A stretch of DNA of 54,432 bases from an uncultured Elusimicrobium sp. (lineage in GTDB: Bacteria; Elusimicrobiota; Elusimicrobia; Elusimicrobiales; Elusimicrobiaceae): the NCBI GenBank assembly GCA_964442585.1, contig CAYUAA010000001.1, forward strand, positions 1 to 54,432, given 5' to 3'. The translations under genes and the position numbers were made by a program. Under the pieces are notes generated by a model that saw only the letters and a program-made list of their open reading frames with translations, ran no database searches and was not told the DNA's origin. This document shows positions 28,179 to 36,813 of this stretch, in pieces (the stretch's first letter is position 1; each line of letters opens with the position of its first letter).

Positions 28179-30850
28179 TTTAACGTGTTTTTAAAGCAGG
28201 AGATTTTGGTAAATTTATAAGCCTTTTTTACGTCCGTTTTGTCTTTGCGTTCCGTTTCCAGCGGGAATAAGTGTTTTTCAAGCGTATCTTGGCAGTAAGG
28301 GATATTTTCCGCCGCTGCGCCTTCGGCCTGTTCAATATGCCCGTGTTGGATTTGTCCCCTGCGGTAGCGGTAGGAACGGGCTAGCGGCTCCACCAGGTTC
28401 TCGTGCGACTGGGGCGTAATCTGCAGGGTATTCGAACCCTGCCAGTTATGCGTGCTGATTAAAAGCCCTGCTGGCAGCAGGAAATAGGCAGTGCGTATAT
28501 TTTCGGTACCCGTCTGTTTTTCCAGCAGGGCCTTATATAGCGCCAGCTGTAGAGAGGTATTTTGGCGAAGTGCGTCTATATGATGTTTGCCCGACGTCCA
28601 CTTAAAATCAAAAATAATGTGTTGGCCTTGCTCGTCCTGCAGGTGCATATCGATAAACCCGTGTAAGGAAATATCCGGGTTTTGTAAGGCAAAGCCCAGT
28701 TGGTCTTGCACGGGTTGTTCGCACGATACGGCACGTAGGCCGTTGGCTTGCATAATAGACGCTAAACGCTGTAAACACGTTTTTAGTTCGCGTTTGAAAA
28801 TTTGTTCTTCCAGTTTATTTTCCGGCAGCAGCAAAAGCATCCCCTTTTCCTGCAACGTGCGGTTATATACGGTGTCGTACTCCGCTTGGGTGGAGGCCAG
28901 GGCTTGTGGGCCGGTTTTGCCTTCAAATAAGGCGGCAATAATGCCGTGGGCCACGTTGCCTTTTACACGGGCGGTATTTTGGGCGTCCAAATCCAACTCG
29001 TCTTTACAGCGGGCCAAATAGGTAAATGCGTAATCGAGCGGATTTTGAATAAGCATCTCAAGCGAGGTGGCACTTTCTTTGGGCGGCCATTTAAGCAGGT
29101 CGGTTTTGGTAAATGTAACGTCCAGGCCCGTTTGTGCATTATTTAAATGTTTAGCGGTTTGTAAGTTTTCTGCCGCCGGTTGGCCTTTATGGGTGATGCG
29201 TGCCAGGTTGTCGTCTTTAAAATGGCTTTTTAAGCGGTTAAGCAGCGGGCAGACGGGCAGTTTTTGGCTGCCGCGTTTGGTGCAGGTAATTAGGGTAAGG
29301 TTTTCTTGCGCCCGCGCAAAGGCTTGCAGCTGCATGGCTTGATGAAAAGCGTTTTCCGCTTCCGGACTCCATATTAAAACGCCCTGCTGGGCGAGTTGAG
29401 CCTGCTCTTGCGGGGTTAAAAAGCCAAAACGGGGTTCTGTGGGGGGATTTTTGTAAAAATCGCACCAAATAATCCGTTTGGCCGGGGCCGCCAACTGGGC
29501 GGGGGATGCTATTGTAAAACGTGCGCCCGCCTGCGCCTGATACTGCACAAAATCCGTGGGCGTATAGAGGTTTTTTACCCAACTTTCCACCGTGGAAAAG
29601 GGGAGAGAAGCGGCGGTTTCTTGCGTTAGCAAAATAGAAACAGCTTCCAGCGTTTCGGTTAGTTTATCTAACTGGGCCACCTGGGCCAAAGAGCCTTTTC
29701 CCGTCAGCAGGGCGCGCTGGGTTTTCGTCCAAGCGGTTAATTGGAAGATAAATTTGCGTAACGTGTCCGTTTGGATGCCGTTTTCCGTTGGGATAGGCAG
29801 AAAGGTATTAATTAAATCCTGCCGTTGGTCGGTTTTGGCTGGTTCTTCGTTAATAAACTGGGTGATAACTTCTTTACATTTGGGATGTTCGATCCCGCCG
29901 TTTTGCGCCAGTGCATTGGCTAACTTATAGCGAAACTGCGCCGGAAGCGGCTGAAGCGGCACTTGCAGCCATTGTAACAGCGTATGGATATTGCGCGGAT
30001 AACTAAACAGTTCCAGCCCCAGGGTGAATAATTGCACAAGCGGCGGATTGCTTTTAGGCGTTACGGAGCCCGCCTGCGGTTTCCCGGCGAGGGCAAGGTA
30101 GTTATCCATTGGTTTATTATCTGCATTAATCCATACGTCAAAAGCGTTATCCGGCAGGGTAGCTAAATAGGCAAGAGCATCTTGTTCTTCTTCAAAATAA
30201 AGCAGTTGCAGGCTGGGATCGTCCGTTTGAAGTGTAATAGCCTGGGTTTGATTATGAAGCCAGCGGTCCAGGTTGTGCAAATTGTCGTTACTGTACGGTG
30301 CGGCAGGCGTGTACTCCACCTGTACACCGTGCTTTTTGAGCAGGGTAATTAGGCGGGTAATTTCCGGCGGGAATAAATCTTCCCTGCACGGTAAAACAAG
30401 GCTGCTGCCCGAGGGAAGGGGGCAGGTGCTTTCCAAAAGCGTCAACATATGTTGCAGCCGCTCTGGAAGACCGGGGCACGTGTAGTATGCTTCCACCCCG
30501 GCTAATACGTCTAACCGTGGGCTGATGCCCGTTATGCGGGAACTCCACCCGGCTTCAGCCAGTTTGTCGCGCCAAGCTAAACAGGCTTTGGCGGTGCCCA
30601 TTTCCGTCGTGCGAAAGGACGCCGATAAAATGTTGCCCGGGTGCTTATGCATATAGCGTTTGAAGGCTTGGTAATACTTGGCCAGGCGCTCGGTAAACGG
30701 GATCGGTTTAACGTAAATACCGGCGTGCAGCTCCAGCAAGTTTAATAAAGCGTTGGTGTCAGTGACGTAACAGTCTAACAAAATGTTTTTGTTAGCGGGT
30801 AAATTCAAAAAAATGTTGCCTGTATATTGGGGGCTGAAATAGATTTTCAT
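28175..30850 (-). CDS. AddB-like partner with C-terminal PD-(D/E)XK nuclease
   Basis: SATSLE...P, GNVAHGI, GFIDMHL, IIFDFKWT, LQLALY; ATGA overlap with the AddA-like gene. Confidence 0.82.
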   Translation of the reverse strand: MKIYFSPQYTGNIFLNLPANKNILLDCYVTDTNALLNLLELHAGIYVKPIPFTERLAKYYQAFKRYMHKHPGNILSASFRTTEMGTAKACLAWRDKLAEAGWSSRITGISPRLDVLAGVEAYYTCPGLPERLQHMLTLLESTCPLPSGSSLVLPCREDLFPPEITRLITLLKKHGVQVEYTPAAPYSNDNLHNLDRWLHNQTQAITLQTDDPSLQLLYFEEEQDALAYLATLPDNAFDVWINADNKPMDNYLALAGKPQAGSVTPKSNPPLVQLFTLGLELFSYPRNIHTLLQWLQVPLQPLPAQFRYKLANALAQNGGIEHPKCKEVITQFINEEPAKTDQRQDLINTFLPIPTENGIQTDTLRKFIFQLTAWTKTQRALLTGKGSLAQVAQLDKLTETLEAVSILLTQETAASLPFSTVESWVKNLYTPTDFVQYQAQAGARFTIASPAQLAAPAKRIIWCDFYKNPPTEPRFGFLTPQEQAQLAQQGVLIWSPEAENAFHQAMQLQAFARAQENLTLITCTKRGSQKLPVCPLLNRLKSHFKDDNLARITHKGQPAAENLQTAKHLNNAQTGLDVTFTKTDLLKWPPKESATSLEMLIQNPLDYAFTYLARCKDELDLDAQNTARVKGNVAHGIIAALFEGKTGPQALASTQAEYDTVYNRTLQEKGMLLLLPENKLEEQIFKRELKTCLQRLASIMQANGLRAVSCEQPVQDQLGFALQNPDISLHGFIDMHLQDEQGQHIIFDFKWTSGKHHIDALRQNTSLQLALYKALLEKQTGTENIRTAYFLLPAGLLISTHNWQGSNTLQITPQSHENLVEPLARSYRYRRGQIQHGHIEQAEGAAAENIPYCQDTLEKHLFPLETERKDKTDVKKAYKFTKISCFKNTLK

Positions 30851-30896
30851 AAATAACTCTTAAGAGAAAGTATAGCGTTTTTGGGTTGTTTTGTCT

Positions 30897-31529
30897 TTAT
30901 TTAGGCGTGCTGACAATGTGTTGCAAGGTAAGTTGTACTTCGCAGTCAAAGTCATGTAAACACAATAAATCCGGTATGGAGTAAGGGCGGTGTGTGCAAA
31001 TATCGTGTACCGCGTAACAGATAATAATATCGTTAAATTGGGGATGTTGTTGAAAGGGCCCCTCGTCCCAAGTGGCGCCGTCGTCTAATGGCATTTGGTT
31101 GGGGGATACGTGCAGGACGGATTCGGGATAGACGGCTGCCAAGCACTTTGTCATCTGTGCGAAATTTGAGCCGTAATACTGGTTCAAATAAAAGGTGTAA
31201 TTCTCATCGTAAAATGGGATAGTCAGGTGGCCCTCTAGTTCGTAATCGTCATCAAAGCCGGGGTTGGTTATAAGAGGGAGTTGTTTTTTTATTTGGTTTA
31301 CGCGGTGGTACAGTTTTTTTGTCAGCGTATATAAGTGATTATTCACCCAAATAAACCGCTGCATATTGGAGTCCGTAGGCACGAACATTTCGTTAAGTAT
31401 GCTGCAACGGTCTGCCAGTAATGTTTTAAGATGGGCAGATATGGACGGATCTTTACGTAAATTTTCAAACGGATCGGTTCCGGCTAATTTTATAATGTAG
31501 TTTTCCAAAGAAGAGAGTATGTTTTTCAT
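30897..31529 (-). CDS. Hypothetical protein leading the AddBA-like operon
   Basis: 210-aa ORF with GAGG RBS; no recognised family. Confidence 0.7.
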   Translation of the reverse strand: MKNILSSLENYIIKLAGTDPFENLRKDPSISAHLKTLLADRCSILNEMFVPTDSNMQRFIWVNNHLYTLTKKLYHRVNQIKKQLPLITNPGFDDDYELEGHLTIPFYDENYTFYLNQYYGSNFAQMTKCLAAVYPESVLHVSPNQMPLDDGATWDEGPFQQHPQFNDIIICYAVHDICTHRPYSIPDLLCLHDFDCEVQLTLQHIVSTPK

Positions 31530-31594
31530 AGATTTTGTACCTCATACGGGTTGTATCGTTTTTTTTTTTGATACACTAACTTGTCTTTTAACTT

Positions 31595-31644
31595 ATTATG
31601 ACTTGCTATAGCGACAAGGTGTTGTCGCTATACTTATTTAGAAT
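31595..31644. promoter_or_regulatory. Island palindrome box 5, bidirectional
   Basis: TATAGCGACAA-ggtg-TTGTCGCTATA (31607-31632); N10-TAGAAT rightward, N10-CATAAT leftward. Confidence 0.82.
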
Positions 31645-31678
31645 AAACAAGACGGATATTTTAATGGAGGAGATTTGT

Positions 31679-32899
31679 ATGAGTGGAATCTGGTATGTAT
31701 TGGGATTAGTGGTAGTTGGGGTGGTTGTCTATCTAGCTTGTAAAAATGGCAGAAATTCCGGGCAATCTGCGGAAGTGATTAAGGTATTGCAGGAAAATGG
31801 TATGCTGCGGGAGCAGCTGGGGCGCTTTGAGCAGGAAAAAAAGTATTTAGAGAGCAAGGCCGTTGAGTTGGAGGCCGAAAGGACCCATTTGCTAAAAACT
31901 TGCGAAACTCAGTTTGAAAATATGGCCAATAAAATTTTTAAAGAACACGTAAGCGGCTTCCAGGAGAAAAACCAAGAAGTTATGGCCCCGATTGTGGCTT
32001 CGTTAAAAGAACGTATGGCGGAATTTAATCAAAAAATTGAAACCCAGCTGGATTTTAATAAAAAAGCGGTAGAAGCCAGCAAAAATATCCAGGACGTAAC
32101 TGTTAATTTTGTAAACGCTCTACGGGGGGATTTGCACCAAAAAGGCGCTTGGGGCGAAGGAACGGTGCGTAAATTACTGATAGATAGCCAGTTAGAATTT
32201 TACGAACAGACGTCTAGTGCAGATAAACGCCCCGATTTTATTGTAACTTTACCCAACGGGCAGGTAGTAATTATCGATTCTAAGACTATTTTTACTCATT
32301 ACGATGAATATATGCGGGCCAGTGATAAAGATAAGTTGGTTAAGTTAAACGCACATTTGCAGGATGTTCGGAAAAAAATAGCCGAGTTGGCGAAAAAGAA
32401 ATATAACGAAGTGCTGGCAGATATTTGTGCTAAAAAAGATATTCCCGTACCGGATAACCCCATTAGTTTGGTACTGATGTTTGTAAATCCTGCCGCTGCG
32501 TTAACCTGTGCCCTGGAACATGATATGGAACTGTTACAGTACGCTAAAACCAATAACATTGCTTTAGTTACGGTTCCTACTCTTACCAGCACCTTGCAAA
32601 TCATTAATCAACTGTGGGATCAGCATAATTTAGAAAATAAATGCGTGGAAATCAAACGGTTAGGTGTGGAACTGGTAAATGGGTTCCGTCTGTTCTTGGA
32701 GCAATATATTCCGGCTGGTAAAAAATTGCATGAAGTGGTGGACGCCTACGAACAAGCCGTCAGTATTATGGGTAAGGATAATACGCAGGGTTTAATTGCC
32801 AAAGCGCAGGAGTTGGTTAACTGTGGCATAGAGGCAACAGGTAAAATAACAAGTAAGAGTGCTATATCCTCTACAGGTTTTAATGGCCGCAAAAAATAA
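31679..32899 (+). CDS. rmuC: DNA recombination protein RmuC
   Basis: N-terminal TM segment, coiled coil, KGAWGE, RPDFIVTLP, IIDSK, VLMFV, PTL. Confidence 0.88.
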   Translation: MSGIWYVLGLVVVGVVVYLACKNGRNSGQSAEVIKVLQENGMLREQLGRFEQEKKYLESKAVELEAERTHLLKTCETQFENMANKIFKEHVSGFQEKNQEVMAPIVASLKERMAEFNQKIETQLDFNKKAVEASKNIQDVTVNFVNALRGDLHQKGAWGEGTVRKLLIDSQLEFYEQTSSADKRPDFIVTLPNGQVVIIDSKTIFTHYDEYMRASDKDKLVKLNAHLQDVRKKIAELAKKKYNEVLADICAKKDIPVPDNPISLVLMFVNPAAALTCALEHDMELLQYAKTNNIALVTVPTLTSTLQIINQLWDQHNLENKCVEIKRLGVELVNGFRLFLEQYIPAGKKLHEVVDAYEQAVSIMGKDNTQGLIAKAQELVNCGIEATGKITSKSAISSTGFNGRKK

Positions 32900-32951
32900 T
32901 TGTTAAAAAACCCCGGCTTTTACCCAGGGTTTTTAACTTTACTGTTGCGTT

Positions 32952-33578
32952 TTATTTTTGGCGGTAGCGTGTATCTAGTTCCGGTATGCGTTGTATAGTG
33001 AATGGCCAGGGATAAGAATAAAAACCGGCTTGCTTAATTTGTTCTTGTAAAGCCTTTCTAGCCGTAGTTTCCAGCCAGTTGTTGGGGCGATATTTGTATT
33101 CTTCGGTCATATCAAACAAATTTTCTTCTAAAAAGTCGCCGGTATACTGTTCGTAATATTGGGCTAAATATTGGCTGGTGATCGGCTGTTGGAACGTGTG
33201 TATAAGGTCCCCGCTGTTGGATAAAGCGTAGGTCTTATACTGTTCGTTTTCAGCATAATTTTTTATTATTAGCGTGTGTTGTTTGTATTTTTTTACTAAA
33301 TACAGCATTTCCGCTTGAAACTGCTGGGCAAGCACCAGTTTTGCCTGTTTTGTAGGCAGATACTTAATAGGGTGATTTAAAACAAGATACGCATAAGGGC
33401 TTGCGTTCGCTTCTCTTTGTATAGCAATAAATCCATAAGATAAGGTGCGGAGGTTTGCGTTTAAAAGGGGCCAATCAGATGGGTGCGGAAGTAAAAAGCA
33501 AAAACAGTTGTTTTGTATGTGTTTATCTATTTCCGCCAAGGCTTTTGGGCCAGTTAGGTGGTGTGTATTTGGGGGCAT
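32952..33578 (-). CDS. Hypothetical protein
   Basis: 208-aa ORF divergent from box 6. Confidence 0.65.
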   Translation of the reverse strand: MPPNTHHLTGPKALAEIDKHIQNNCFCFLLPHPSDWPLLNANLRTLSYGFIAIQREANASPYAYLVLNHPIKYLPTKQAKLVLAQQFQAEMLYLVKKYKQHTLIIKNYAENEQYKTYALSNSGDLIHTFQQPITSQYLAQYYEQYTGDFLEENLFDMTEEYKYRPNNWLETTARKALQEQIKQAGFYSYPWPFTIQRIPELDTRYRQK

Positions 33579-33607
33579 AATGCACTCTCTTGTATTTTAT
33601 ATTTCAA

Positions 33608-33657
33608 ATTTTAACTTTCTAATACGACAAGGTGTTGTCGCTATACAATGGTAAACT
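33608..33657. promoter_or_regulatory. Island palindrome box 6, bidirectional
   Basis: ACGACAAGGTGTTGTCGC (33624-33641); N10-TAAACT rightward, N10-TAAAAT leftward. Confidence 0.82.
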
Positions 33658-33705
33658 AATGATAAGAAGAAATCTCTGTTCGGACAAACTTAAGGAGGGG
33701 AACAA

Positions 33706-34179
33706 ATGAAATCTAATCCCATTAAAGATCTTATAGGGGATATAAAGTTAGTCGAGCGTGGTGCCCCAGGAGAGGAAGGATTATGGTCGACGTTATTGAT
33801 GGCGGCTGCCGCTCAAAATAATATGAAGGCTACAAAGATATTATTATCACATGGCGTATGGATAAATGAAACAGTATCGAATGGATGGTCTGTTTTACAA
33901 GCGGCTGTAGAGGCCGGGAGTGTAGACGTGGTTAAATTATTGTTGGAAAAAGGGGCAGCAGTCAATGCTTGTGATGAGTCTGGGTGTACTGTATTAGGTT
34001 GTGCCGTATTTTTTTGTGATATTGAATGTGTAAAACTCTTGTTGCAATATGGCGCTAAAGTAAATTTGATGGAAGATTATGACACAATTATTACTGCGAC
34101 AAGTGAAGAGCGCGAGGCAATTCAAAAACTATTAGATCAGTATAGTTCTGGGTGGGCACCGCGTTTACGCTTTTACTAA
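33706..34179 (+). CDS. Ankyrin-repeat protein
   Basis: GWSVLQAAVEAGSVDVVKLLLEKGAAVN and two related repeats. Confidence 0.9.
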   Translation: MKSNPIKDLIGDIKLVERGAPGEEGLWSTLLMAAAAQNNMKATKILLSHGVWINETVSNGWSVLQAAVEAGSVDVVKLLLEKGAAVNACDESGCTVLGCAVFFCDIECVKLLLQYGAKVNLMEDYDTIITATSEEREAIQKLLDQYSSGWAPRLRFY

Positions 34180-34195
34180 ACAGGAAAATATCTTT

Positions 34196-34651
34196 ATGAA
34201 AAATTCCAAAGAAAACTTTTCTGATAGACAAAATACGTATAATTACAGCCCTATCACCTTGGCGGCGCAAATTTATAAAGCGTGTGAGCAAGGAAACGGC
34301 GCGGCTGTTTTTTTGTATTCGGGCCAGCTGTTACCCAAAGAAGAATATCCGTTTTTAGACGAGTTAATTGGAAAGCAGGCGAAGTTAAATCACTATCCTA
34401 CTCAAGGTGATATTTTATTGTTTTTGGGTAAACATTCTTCTTGTATGACCGAGCCTGCCGTGGTGTTGCAAATTATGAAAGTACGGGAGTTTTGGATGTT
34501 GCATTTATGCCGTTACCGCAAAGCGGATAGAGGGCCAATGGTGAAACCTGTATCAGAAGTAGATAAAATTGAAAAAATAAAAGAGAATGTTCGGCAAATT
34601 GTTAGGGAACATCAAAACGAATTTGATGAATTGGCAAATAATGATGAATAG
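34196..34651 (+). CDS. Hypothetical protein
   Basis: 151-aa ORF following the ankyrin gene. Confidence 0.6.
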   Translation: MKNSKENFSDRQNTYNYSPITLAAQIYKACEQGNGAAVFLYSGQLLPKEEYPFLDELIGKQAKLNHYPTQGDILLFLGKHSSCMTEPAVVLQIMKVREFWMLHLCRYRKADRGPMVKPVSEVDKIEKIKENVRQIVREHQNEFDELANNDE

Positions 34652-34691
34652 AGGTAGTCTTTTTTTTGATAAATAAATTTATAATTTAGGC

Positions 34692-34725
34692 GTGACAATA
34701 TGCCGTCGCGCAAAATTGTTATAGT
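34692..34725 (+). promoter_or_regulatory. Island palindrome box 7 with -10
   Basis: GTGACAATATGCCGTCGC-N10-TATAGT. Confidence 0.7.
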
Positions 34726-34758
34726 ATATTTGTAACCAAGATCTGATAAGGAGACCGT

Positions 34759-35790
34759 ATGGCTAAAAAAGATTATTCCGCATTGCCTAAAAAATCAAAT
34801 CCTAATAAGCATCCGGATGCTAAGCGTTTGCCGCGTTTGATTTCTATTTTATTTGACTTAGATAAACAACGTTTTGTTAATATAAACTGTTTGGCGAATG
34901 AGTTCCAGGTGCATAAGCGTACAATTTTAAGAGATTTGACTCTATTGGAAGAGATGGGCGTCGCATTGTACAAACCTGTAGGATATGGGCCCCATTATCG
35001 TGTAAGAGATTTTTTCCACCTCAAAAACTTTCGCAGGAGTACAAAGAGCCAACAAAATCTTTATAAATTGCGTGAGTTGATGGATATTTTAGATATAGAT
35101 ATGGATGAGCATTTATCCCCTATACAACAGGAAATCTGTGATGAAAGAACTGCAAATCAGTCGGCTCTCACCCAAGAGGACTTTTTGTCTCTTGTTACTA
35201 AAGCTAAAATAGAGAATTCTGCCTTACAAGCTCGTATTTTAGATGCTGTTGTTCGTGAATATGGTCGGAAAAAAGATAGCGATTTTTCTATTCAAATTTA
35301 TCAGCGCTTAATACAGTTGCGTCAAGAGATTAGTGATTATTACCGGTTGGCTTTTGTTTATTTGGATGCAAAAAAGTATCAAGAAGCTTTAAATATTGTG
35401 GAAAAAGCTATTTCCCTGGTTCCAGAGAATGGGTTGGGGTATACTTTTGCTTTACGAATTTACCGAGAAATGGGAAATTCTGATTTAATGCTTCAAAAGG
35501 CACAAGAATATCTAAAAAAATTGCCTAAAGATGTTTATGTGAATAACGGTGCGGCCTCTATTTTTATGAAATTAAAACGTTATAAAGATGCGGTGAACTG
35601 TTATCGTAGAACTGCTGTTCGCGGATCTATTTTGCACTATAGTCGAGTTGCCGCTGTATATCAGCAAGCTGGTGAGTTAAAAAAAGCTTTAGAAGAAATC
35701 AACAAAGGGCTAAAAATCCGTCAAACCGCGTTCTTGTTAGGTAAAAAGGAGCAGTTATTAAAGAAAATATCAGAAAATAAAAGAAATTAA
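34759..35790 (+). CDS. wHTH (WYL-regulator-type) plus TPR protein
   Basis: RLISIL...LANEFQVHKRTILRDL..L; C-terminal TPRs (YYRLAFVYLDAKKYQEALNIVEKAISLVP). Confidence 0.8.
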   Translation: MAKKDYSALPKKSNPNKHPDAKRLPRLISILFDLDKQRFVNINCLANEFQVHKRTILRDLTLLEEMGVALYKPVGYGPHYRVRDFFHLKNFRRSTKSQQNLYKLRELMDILDIDMDEHLSPIQQEICDERTANQSALTQEDFLSLVTKAKIENSALQARILDAVVREYGRKKDSDFSIQIYQRLIQLRQEISDYYRLAFVYLDAKKYQEALNIVEKAISLVPENGLGYTFALRIYREMGNSDLMLQKAQEYLKKLPKDVYVNNGAASIFMKLKRYKDAVNCYRRTAVRGSILHYSRVAAVYQQAGELKKALEEINKGLKIRQTAFLLGKKEQLLKKISENKRN

Positions 35791-35885
35791 GTCCTTCAAG
35801 ATTTTTTGGTATTAACTCAGCTAAATGGAGAATATGTTATGTTTATTCTTTGACTACAGCGAGCACAAAATATCCGTAAAACCAG

Positions 35886-35903
35886 ATGTCCAAAAAGTGT
35901 CCA
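35886..35903. repeat. Putative integrase arm-type sites (right end)
   Basis: ATGTCCAaaaaGTGTCCA, with the same 11-bp period as 6474-6491. Confidence 0.65.
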
Positions 35904-36034
35904 CCGCTGGTTAAAAACAGTTAAAAATAGTAAATATTCTTAAGAAAACACCACAGCGTTTAAAATTGTGGTGTTTTTTGTTTTATCGTCGGGGATTAAT
36001 AAGCGTAAAGGGGGGTTAATATCGGTTTAAAGAC

Positions 36035-36106
36035 TGCGCTCGGCGGGAGTCGAACCCACATTTCCAGCTTCGGAGGCTGACGCTCTATCCATTGAACTAC
36101 GAGCGC
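36035..36106 (-). tRNA. tRNA-Arg(CCG), integration target; CCA not encoded
   Basis: GCGCTCG acceptor stem, anticodon loop CT-CCG-AA, GTTCGA T-loop. Confidence 0.95.
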
Positions 36107-36223
36107 GCAAATCTTTTTTTATTTTAGCAAATTATCACTTTTTCGGGGTAGGGTTTGTTTCGCCAGACGGTATTTTAATAATTTTGTTGGTCTTAAAAAG
36201 GACCGAGAAATCTGTAGCCCGCC

Positions 36224-36257
36224 CGGGTTGTTTTGTTTTTTTTTTTTGATACACTAA
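36224..36257 (+). promoter_or_regulatory. Poly-T promoter upstream of the pilin gene
   Basis: TTGTTT-tg-T12-ga-TACACT; near-copy at 31547-31579. Confidence 0.5.
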
Positions 36258-36331
36258 AAAAAGTTGATTTTTTGTCTTATAGAAATTAAAATGACTATTA
36301 GACCTTTAAATCAACACGCTAAGGAGATATT

Positions 36332-36811
36332 ATGAAAAAAGGGTTTACTTTGATTGAATTGTTGGTTGTTGTTCTTATTATCGGCATTTTGTCCAGTGTT
36401 GCGCTCCCGCAATACCAAAAAGCTGTTCTTAAAAGCCGCGCGTCCGAAGCTTGGACGAACTTAAAAAATATCAATATGGCCGCCAATGCTTATTGTTTGG
36501 AAACTGGCTCTACGGTTAACTTTGCCGATGTGCGCGAAGATTTGGCCGTAAGCGTAAAAAATTCTAAAAATTTTGAGTATAGCGGTTCTCTCTACTGCAG
36601 TGGCAATGCGGGGATTCCCGTTGCCGTTTTTGCCAACTGGGTCGGCGGCGGAAACTATAATTTTAAATTGGCGGTCAATCCTAATACGGGGCGTCGTTCT
36701 TGCGAAGGCGCTTCCTGCAATCAGTTGGGGTTCACTAAAACCGCGACGGATAACGTCAGCATTTGTTTGTGCGGCGGCGGCGCCGGGCGTTCTTGCTATT
36801 ACGCGGATTAA
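36332..36811 (+). CDS. Type IV pilin (PilE-like)
   Basis: MKKGFTLIELLVVVLIIGILSSVALPQYQKAV prepilin cleavage/methylation motif. Confidence 0.93.
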   Translation: MKKGFTLIELLVVVLIIGILSSVALPQYQKAVLKSRASEAWTNLKNINMAANAYCLETGSTVNFADVREDLAVSVKNSKNFEYSGSLYCSGNAGIPVAVFANWVGGGNYNFKLAVNPNTGRRSCEGASCNQLGFTKTATDNVSICLCGGGAGRSCYYAD

Positions 36812-36813
36812 AT

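Larger units (their letters stand above)
6358..36088. mobile_element. Integrative element/genomic island (~29.7 kb) inserted in tRNA-Arg(CCG)
   Basis: tRNA-derived direct repeats, tyrosine integrase and xis near one end, Rep, visibly AT-rich defence cargo. Confidence 0.93.

Noticed and set aside
9513-34709. Palindromes as CRISPR repeats, attC sites or LexA boxes
   Set aside because: Dispersed rather than arrayed, no cas or integron integrase, no match to CTGT-N8-ACAG or GAAC-N4-GTTC; the fixed spacing to -10 hexamers indicates promoter elements
6412-36034. Prophage or conjugative ICE
   Set aside because: No capsid, terminase, tail, lysis or T4SS genes recognised
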